A stretch of 64,000 nt of DNA. Origin: Candidatus Omnitrophota bacterium. Lineage in GTDB: Bacteria; Omnitrophota; Gorgyraeia; Aquiviventales; Aquiviventaceae. The DNA is taken from contig JAHFGV010000010.1 of NCBI GenBank assembly GCA_023247255.1, forward strand, positions 2,830-66,829, read 5' to 3'. The notes under the pieces are model-generated. The model was not told where the DNA came from and searched no databases. It saw only the letters and a program-made list of their open reading frames with translations. Position numbers and translations under genes: made by a program. Shown here piece after piece: positions 58,760 through 64,000 of the stretch (position 1 is its first letter; each line of letters starts with the position of its first letter).

Positions 58760-60217
58760 ATGCTGGATAAGACCTCTTTTATTATTCCTGCCATTTTCAG
58801 CACGAGCTTGATCGCTGGCTGTGCATCCGTGCCCTCCAAAGGAGGATTCGCGGATGTACAGCGGATGATTGGACAGCGCACAGGGCTGAGCGTGCACTGG
58901 GACCAGGGCAAACCTGAGGACCGTGCCGTGAAAGACCATCTTCAATCTCTCTTACAGCAGCCCTTGACAGCCGAGGTTGCTGTCCAGATCGCGCTGCTCA
59001 ACAATCGTGCGTTACAGGCGATCTATGAAGAACTCGGGATCTCCCAGGCTGATTGGGTGCAAGCCGGCCTGCTGCAGAACCCTGTCTTTCTCGGAAGCTG
59101 GCGGACCTCAAGCCATACCTCCGTGCTCAATAGTGAATACGCCCTTGCGCAGAACTTCTTTGACATTTTTTTCCTGCCGCTGCGAAAGAAACTGGCCGCT
59201 GCACAGTTTGAGCAAGCCAAGCTGCGTGTGAGCGATGCGGTTTTTGGATTCAGCGTGCAGGTGCGCTCGACCTACTACACTCTACAAGGAGCCGAGCAAG
59301 TCCATGCCATGCGGCAGACGGTGATGCAGGCGGCAGAGGCAGCCAGAGAGCTGGCGGAACGTCAACATGAGGCGGGCAACATCAACGACCTTGAACTGGC
59401 AACTCAGCAGGGCGCGTTCCAACAGGCGAGGCTAGAGCTGGCTCAGAGCGAGGTTACGATGCAGCTTGCGCGGGAACGATTCCACCAGCTGCTGGGGTTT
59501 GCAGAGGCGCCGATTACCTGGCGCGTGGTGGAGCAGTTGCCAGCCCTGCCATCGGTCGATCCCGCTATAGACGACCTGGAAGCACTCGCCCTGTCACAGC
59601 GGCTCGACCTAGCCGCTGCTCGGAAGAGTTTGGACATCCTCGCACGAGCAAGAACCATCACTCGGTTCGGGATCGTGCCAGCGGTCAACGTCGGGGTTGA
59701 TACTGAACACGACCTTGATCACGCCTGGGTGACCGGGCCCACTGTGGATGTGGAAGTCCCCATTTTCGATCAACGGCAAGTCGCCAGAGTTCGCGCCAAC
59801 GCGCAACTGCGCCAAGCTCAGCAGCAGCTATCCGCCTTGGAGGCTGAGATTCGCTCTGCGGTGCGTGTAGACATCACGCGGCTAAAAGCAGCTCGTCAGA
59901 CCGTGGAGTTGTATCAGCAGGATCTCATCCCCGTGCGTGAGCGCATCGTGACGGAGACCCAAAAACACGTCAACTACATGTTGTTGGGCGTCTTCCAACT
60001 TCTGCAAGCCAAGCGGGAGGAAGTGAATGCCTACCGGGAGTACCTCGAAGCCTTGCGGGATTACTGGATTGCGTTCGCAGAGTTAGAGCGTGCCGTGGGC
60101 GGAAAGCTTCAGATCCCTGAAGTGAGCGCGACCCCGGTTTCTTCATCCGTTCCGTCAGATGAAAAGAAGAACTCTGAGACGTCCCATCAGCACCATCACG
60201 GAGGTGATGCGCCATGA
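58760..60217 (+). CDS. TolC-family outer membrane lipoprotein (copper-resistance type)
   Basis: Lipobox IAGC; ALLNNRALQA, LERAVGG; His-rich tail. Confidence 0.9.
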   Translation: MLDKTSFIIPAIFSTSLIAGCASVPSKGGFADVQRMIGQRTGLSVHWDQGKPEDRAVKDHLQSLLQQPLTAEVAVQIALLNNRALQAIYEELGISQADWVQAGLLQNPVFLGSWRTSSHTSVLNSEYALAQNFFDIFFLPLRKKLAAAQFEQAKLRVSDAVFGFSVQVRSTYYTLQGAEQVHAMRQTVMQAAEAARELAERQHEAGNINDLELATQQGAFQQARLELAQSEVTMQLARERFHQLLGFAEAPITWRVVEQLPALPSVDPAIDDLEALALSQRLDLAAARKSLDILARARTITRFGIVPAVNVGVDTEHDLDHAWVTGPTVDVEVPIFDQRQVARVRANAQLRQAQQQLSALEAEIRSAVRVDITRLKAARQTVELYQQDLIPVRERIVTETQKHVNYMLLGVFQLLQAKREEVNAYREYLEALRDYWIAFAELERAVGGKLQIPEVSATPVSSSVPSDEKKNSETSHQHHHGGDAP

Positions 60218-61617
60218 AGCGCGTTGGGGTATTGGGACTCATTGTGGCAGCGATAGCTGCAGGGCTGCTCTTGCTCCAAAGGGCTGCGCACAGCCAAGTG
60301 TCATCTGACCCACTCAATCCCAGAGACCTTCCTTACACGCCGGTTGTCACCCCCAACGGCTCCACCTTACCATGGAAGCTGGTCGATGGCGTCAAAGAGT
60401 TTCACCTGGTAGTGGAGGAGATCGAGTGGGAAATCGCGCCGGGCATGATCATCAAAGCCTGGGGTTACAATGGCCGAACGCCCGGCCCCACGATTGAGGC
60501 GGTGGAGGGCGATCGGGTGCGGATTTACGTGACGAACAAGCTCCCCGAGATGACCGCCGTCCACTGGCACGGGATCCTCTTGCCCAGCGGGATGGATGGA
60601 GTCGCCGGCTTAACCCAGCCAGGTATTCTCCCGGGAGAAACGTTCGCCTACGAGTTCACCCTGCGCCAGCACGGCACCCAGATGTACCACTCCCACGGCG
60701 ATGAGATGACGCAGATGGGGATGGGGTCGATGGGCTTCTTCATCATCCACCCCAAGAAGCAGGAACGTTACATTGACCGGGATTACGCCATTTTCCTAAA
60801 CGAATGGTTCGTGGAACCCGGCACCGCGACGCCCAACGTCAACATCATGACCGACTTCAACATCTTTACCTTCAACAGCCGCGCCTTCCCGGGGACTGCC
60901 CCCTTGGTGGCCAGGACCGGGGACCGGGTGCGCATTCGCATCGGCAACGTCGGCCAGGAGTCCCATCCGATCCATCTCCATGGCCACTCGTTCAAGATCG
61001 TTGCCACGGACGGTGGGGACATCCCCGAGTCAGCGCAGTGGCCAGAGACCACGGTGACGGTTTTTCCTGGCCAGACGCGGGACATCGAGTTCATCGCTAA
61101 CCCCGGCGACTGGGCGCTGCATTGTCATCGACGGCACCATCCGATGAACGCCATGGGTCATGAGATTCCTAATGTGTTAGGGGTCAGTCAAGCTGGCGTG
61201 GAAGGTAAGATCCAAGCACTCTTACCAGGATACATGGCCATGGGGGAGAACGGCATGGCGGAGCACGCAGAGCATGCCCAGCACATGCAGGGGCCATCCA
61301 ATACGCTGCCGATGATGGGTGGCGAAGGACCGTTTGGCAACGTCGGGATGGGCGGTATGTTTACGATTCTCAAGGTTCGGGATAATCTAAAAGAAGGTGA
61401 AGATCCTGGATGGTACCCCAACCCACCTGGAACGGTAGCCGCTCGGGTTTATGGTCCTGCCAAGTCCAAAGCAATCGGGTCGGTCACGTACGTCTGTCCC
61501 ATGCATCCCGATGTCCGTCAGGCACAACCGGGCTCATGCTCTAAATGTGGAATGACTTTGAAGCCACAGAAGGAAGATGCGGTAGAAGATGAGGTGGCAA
61601 TCAGCGATCTACGCTAG
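60214..61617 (+). CDS. Multicopper oxidase with C-terminal heavy-metal-binding domain
   Basis: HWHG, YHSH, HPIHLHGH, HCHRRHH; YVCPMHP..CSKCGM. Confidence 0.92.
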   Translation: MKRVGVLGLIVAAIAAGLLLLQRAAHSQVSSDPLNPRDLPYTPVVTPNGSTLPWKLVDGVKEFHLVVEEIEWEIAPGMIIKAWGYNGRTPGPTIEAVEGDRVRIYVTNKLPEMTAVHWHGILLPSGMDGVAGLTQPGILPGETFAYEFTLRQHGTQMYHSHGDEMTQMGMGSMGFFIIHPKKQERYIDRDYAIFLNEWFVEPGTATPNVNIMTDFNIFTFNSRAFPGTAPLVARTGDRVRIRIGNVGQESHPIHLHGHSFKIVATDGGDIPESAQWPETTVTVFPGQTRDIEFIANPGDWALHCHRRHHPMNAMGHEIPNVLGVSQAGVEGKIQALLPGYMAMGENGMAEHAEHAQHMQGPSNTLPMMGGEGPFGNVGMGGMFTILKVRDNLKEGEDPGWYPNPPGTVAARVYGPAKSKAIGSVTYVCPMHPDVRQAQPGSCSKCGMTLKPQKEDAVEDEVAISDLR

Positions 61618-61619
61618 AA

Positions 61620-61844
61620 CTGGGCTTTTGCAAAAATAGCCAACGCGTTGACCGAGTGTTGTGTCATGTGTCATGAAAAAGCAGAAAATAAACAGGTATC
61701 TCAAGCATAGCCAAAGTACGCCTTTTGCTTTCCATGACTCATGACACATAAAACATGAAACAGTCTTTCATGACATATAACACATGACTCATGAAACAGA
61801 CGTGAGTACTACCACTAATCTCGATGCATTTTGCAAGACCTCAG
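61620..61844 (+). mobile_element. CATG-heptamer modular MITE, copy F (complete, internal modules inverted)
   Basis: TIRs as in copy B; 6-bp TSD CTAGAA. Confidence 0.9.
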
Positions 61845-61929
61845 CTAGAAGATACCATGGAATCATCGGAGCATCACGGAGGGATTCATCATCACTAGGC
61901 CACGGTGGCCTGACGAGGAGGAAGGGAAG

Positions 61930-62331
61930 ATGAAGCACGTTTTACGAGGGATGGTAGCAACGCTGCTGTTTGTGAGTCCTGTGTCTGTGTGGGCCCAGGA
62001 GGAGCATAGGCATCACGATGATGATCACGCGCACGGCAAAGGCGTGCAAGAGATCACCCTTAAAGGGGAGTTGGTAGATTCGCTGTGCTATGTCGCCATG
62101 GCGGCAAAGGGCAAAGGACATAAGCAGTGCGCAATCGATTGCGCGAAGGCCGGCATTCCGATCAGTATGCTTGAAGACGGGACGGGCAAGCTGTACACCG
62201 TGCTGCCCAAAGAAGACAAAACCGGCTATCCCGAGAGCGTCATCCAGCACATGGGGGAGCGGGTGACCCTGAAAGGCGATCTGTATGAAAATGGGGGTAA
62301 TCGCTACGTGACCGTCGAATCGGTGGAATAA
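61930..62331 (+). CDS. Secreted His/Cys-containing hypothetical protein
   Basis: GAGGAGG RBS; signal peptide VWA|Q; HRHHDDDHAH; DSLCY..HKQCAIDC. Confidence 0.8.
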   Translation: MKHVLRGMVATLLFVSPVSVWAQEEHRHHDDDHAHGKGVQEITLKGELVDSLCYVAMAAKGKGHKQCAIDCAKAGIPISMLEDGTGKLYTVLPKEDKTGYPESVIQHMGERVTLKGDLYENGGNRYVTVESVE

Positions 62332-62336
62332 CGGCC

Positions 62337-62807
62337 ATGTTCTCTGGAGCGCAGCACCTGCAGAATCTCCATCCGTTAGTCGTTCACTTTCCCATCGCGT
62401 ATCTGTGCGGTGCTGCACTCTTTTATTTTGTGGCGTGGATGTTTAAGAGCGACGGGTTCGCGCAATCGGCGTTTTGGGTTCTTGTGATGGGAGCTCTGTC
62501 CCTTGCGGTTGCCGTGGCGAGCGGCCTCTACGCCGAGCAAGGCGTGATGCTGTCCCTCTCGGTTCGTGAGCATCTGCTCCAGCCGCACAAGACTGCCATG
62601 CTGGCGACGCTCGGGATCTGCACGATGCTGACTTTCTGGGCGATGCTGGCTCGGCCCTTTCCAAAGAAAGGGAGGCTCTTGTTTCTGTTCCTGTTGCTCG
62701 TGATGATCGGCGTGATGACGGTGGGAGCCGACTTTGGCGGGCGGATGGTATATGACTACAACGCCGGTGGCAATGCATGCCGCCAACCGATCCCGTTTAC
62801 CCAATAG
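62337..62807 (+). CDS. DUF2231-like membrane protein
   Basis: HPLVVHFPIA, GGRMVY. Confidence 0.8.
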   Translation: MFSGAQHLQNLHPLVVHFPIAYLCGAALFYFVAWMFKSDGFAQSAFWVLVMGALSLAVAVASGLYAEQGVMLSLSVREHLLQPHKTAMLATLGICTMLTFWAMLARPFPKKGRLLFLFLLLVMIGVMTVGADFGGRMVYDYNAGGNACRQPIPFTQ

Positions 62808-62813
62808 GACAGC

Positions 62814-63421
62814 ATGGATTTTTCTTTGTTAGGACTTCAAGGATTGCGCCAGGTCTTCAACGGGCACCCGGTGTTCGTGCATTTTCCCATCGCGTGGTTC
62901 CCCAGTGCCCTACTGCTGTATAGCCTTGGGATCATCCTGAATGGGCGTTCCGCATGTGTGGCCGGTCGGGCCTGTCTGTGTCTGGCCGTGGCTGGCACAG
63001 TCGTCGCGGTTCTTACAGGACTCATGGCGCAAGACACGTTCCCGAATAACGAGCGGATCCATCACAGGATGCAGACTCACAGGTGATTGGCCCACTGGCG
63101 TTGCTGCTGGCTGGATGGAGTTTTTGGCACAAGGCACAGCAGCCCAACGTTCGATGCGGATTTCTGCTGGGACTATTATTGCTGACCGGCCGGGTCGTCC
63201 CAAACGCTGATCTCGGAGCGCGCCTGGTGTTCGTCGAAGGAGCAGGAGTCAAAGCGGCAGTCCCTCTAATGATTGAGGGGCACGATTATGGACATGATTC
63301 AGCCGAACACCCAGAGCGCCACGATCTGCCCGATCAGATTCCGCACCATGCGGAGTTCTTCGCATGGGATCGTTTTTTAATTGACAATCATTTGCTCGGC
63401 AATTACCATACCAACTGGTAG
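62814..63421 (+). pseudogene. Second DUF2231-like gene, frameshifted near 63083
   Basis: HPVFVHFPIA in 62814-63086; ADLGARLVFVEGAGV in a different frame (63083-63421). Confidence 0.7.
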
Positions 63422-63427
63422 GTCAAT
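63381..63427 (+). promoter_or_regulatory. Promoter and TetR operator
   Basis: TTGACA-N17-TACCAT; ATACCAACTGGTAGGT identical to 5727-5742. Confidence 0.75.
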
Positions 63428-64000
63428 GATGAAGACTGCGCAACTTCACTCCCCCACAAAAGAACGACTGTTCGATGCTGCCCAGGCACTCATACTGGCG
63501 AAGGGGTTCGCTGCCACCACAGTTGATGAAATCTGCGGGGCGGCCAAGCTCACGAAGGGCAGCTTCTTCCACTATTTCGAGAGCAAGGACGAACTCGGTA
63601 AGACGGTTTTGGAGCGATTCTGTGCAAAGGGTAAGCAGATGTTGGAAGCGGTGTATGGCAACGAGCGTGATCCGCTCAAGCGAGTCTACCGTCAGATCGA
63701 GACGTTTGCGAAGATGTCGCAAGACCCCAACCTAAACAAGGGTTGTCTGCTGGGCTGTTTCGCCCAGGAGCTTTCTGACACGCATCCACAGATTCGGACG
63801 ATCTGCTGCCAAGAGTTTGGGGCATGGGCCGAGCGGTTCGGACAGGAGTTAGCGCGGGCGAAGGCCCAATACTCCCCGAAGGCGTCCTTCGATCCCCACG
63901 AATTGGCAGAGTATTTTATTGCTATCGTCGAAGGCTCCATGATCCTGGGAAAAGCGAAGCGAGATATGAAGGTTGTGGCACAGAACCTACGTCATTTCAA
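63426..64000 (+). CDS. TetR/NemR-like regulator, paralog of 5749-6354, runs off the window
   Basis: Manual translation MMKTAQLHSPTKERLFDAAQALILAKGFAATTVDEICGAAKLTKGSFFHYFESKDELG...GCLLG. Confidence 0.9.
   Translation, partial: MMKTAQLHSPTKERLFDAAQALILAKGFAATTVDEICGAAKLTKGSFFHYFESKDELGKTVLERFCAKGKQMLEAVYGNERDPLKRVYRQIETFAKMSQDPNLNKGCLLGCFAQELSDTHPQIRTICCQEFGAWAERFGQELARAKAQYSPKASFDPHELAEYFIAIVEGSMILGKAKRDMKVVAQNLRHF

Noticed and set aside
21069-61844. CATG-rich repeats as a CRISPR array
   Set aside because: Dispersed, TIR/TSD-bounded, no constant repeat with unique spacers, and no cas genes
61845-61898. His-rich tail (EDTMESSEHHGGIHHH) cut off from the multicopper oxidase by MITE F
   Set aside because: Removing the MITE and one TSD leaves the TAG stop, and the tail is in another frame

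Overview
Bacterial chromosomal window, about 55-60% GC by eye. Taxonomy cannot be fixed from the sequence; the gene style is PVC/Omnitrophota-like (unverified). Housekeeping blocks are pstCAB-phoU; htpX-clpB-nrdJ(intein)-dcd-ogg; two ATP-grasp ligases plus kamA; pabB-pabC-purH; folC; and trxB. These alternate with accessory DNA: a NemR-like TetR stress operon, an IS1595 carrying a passenger gene (25-bp IRs, 8-bp TSD), a TIR-flanked HUH (RAYT/TIRYT) transposase, an RNase H-like/WYL fusion next to an MBL hydrolase, an SBBP/PKD surface protein, a DpnI-like nuclease, and a nickel/copper cluster that begins at a comM 3' remnant. Most striking: (1) a c-di-GMP-I riboswitch-controlled operon of three related, extremely acidic secreted proteins (one with 28 DxDGDG-type Ca-binding repeats) converging on an outer-membrane beta-barrel operon; (2) a six-copy non-autonomous element whose internal modules are shuffled or inverted at CATG-heptamer junctions, part of a window-wide 7-bp-periodic repeat pattern; (3) an unrecognised structured leader RNA ahead of the ligase-ligase-kamA operon. 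No rRNA, tRNA or CRISPR array was seen. All calls come from reading the sequence; no database searches were run.
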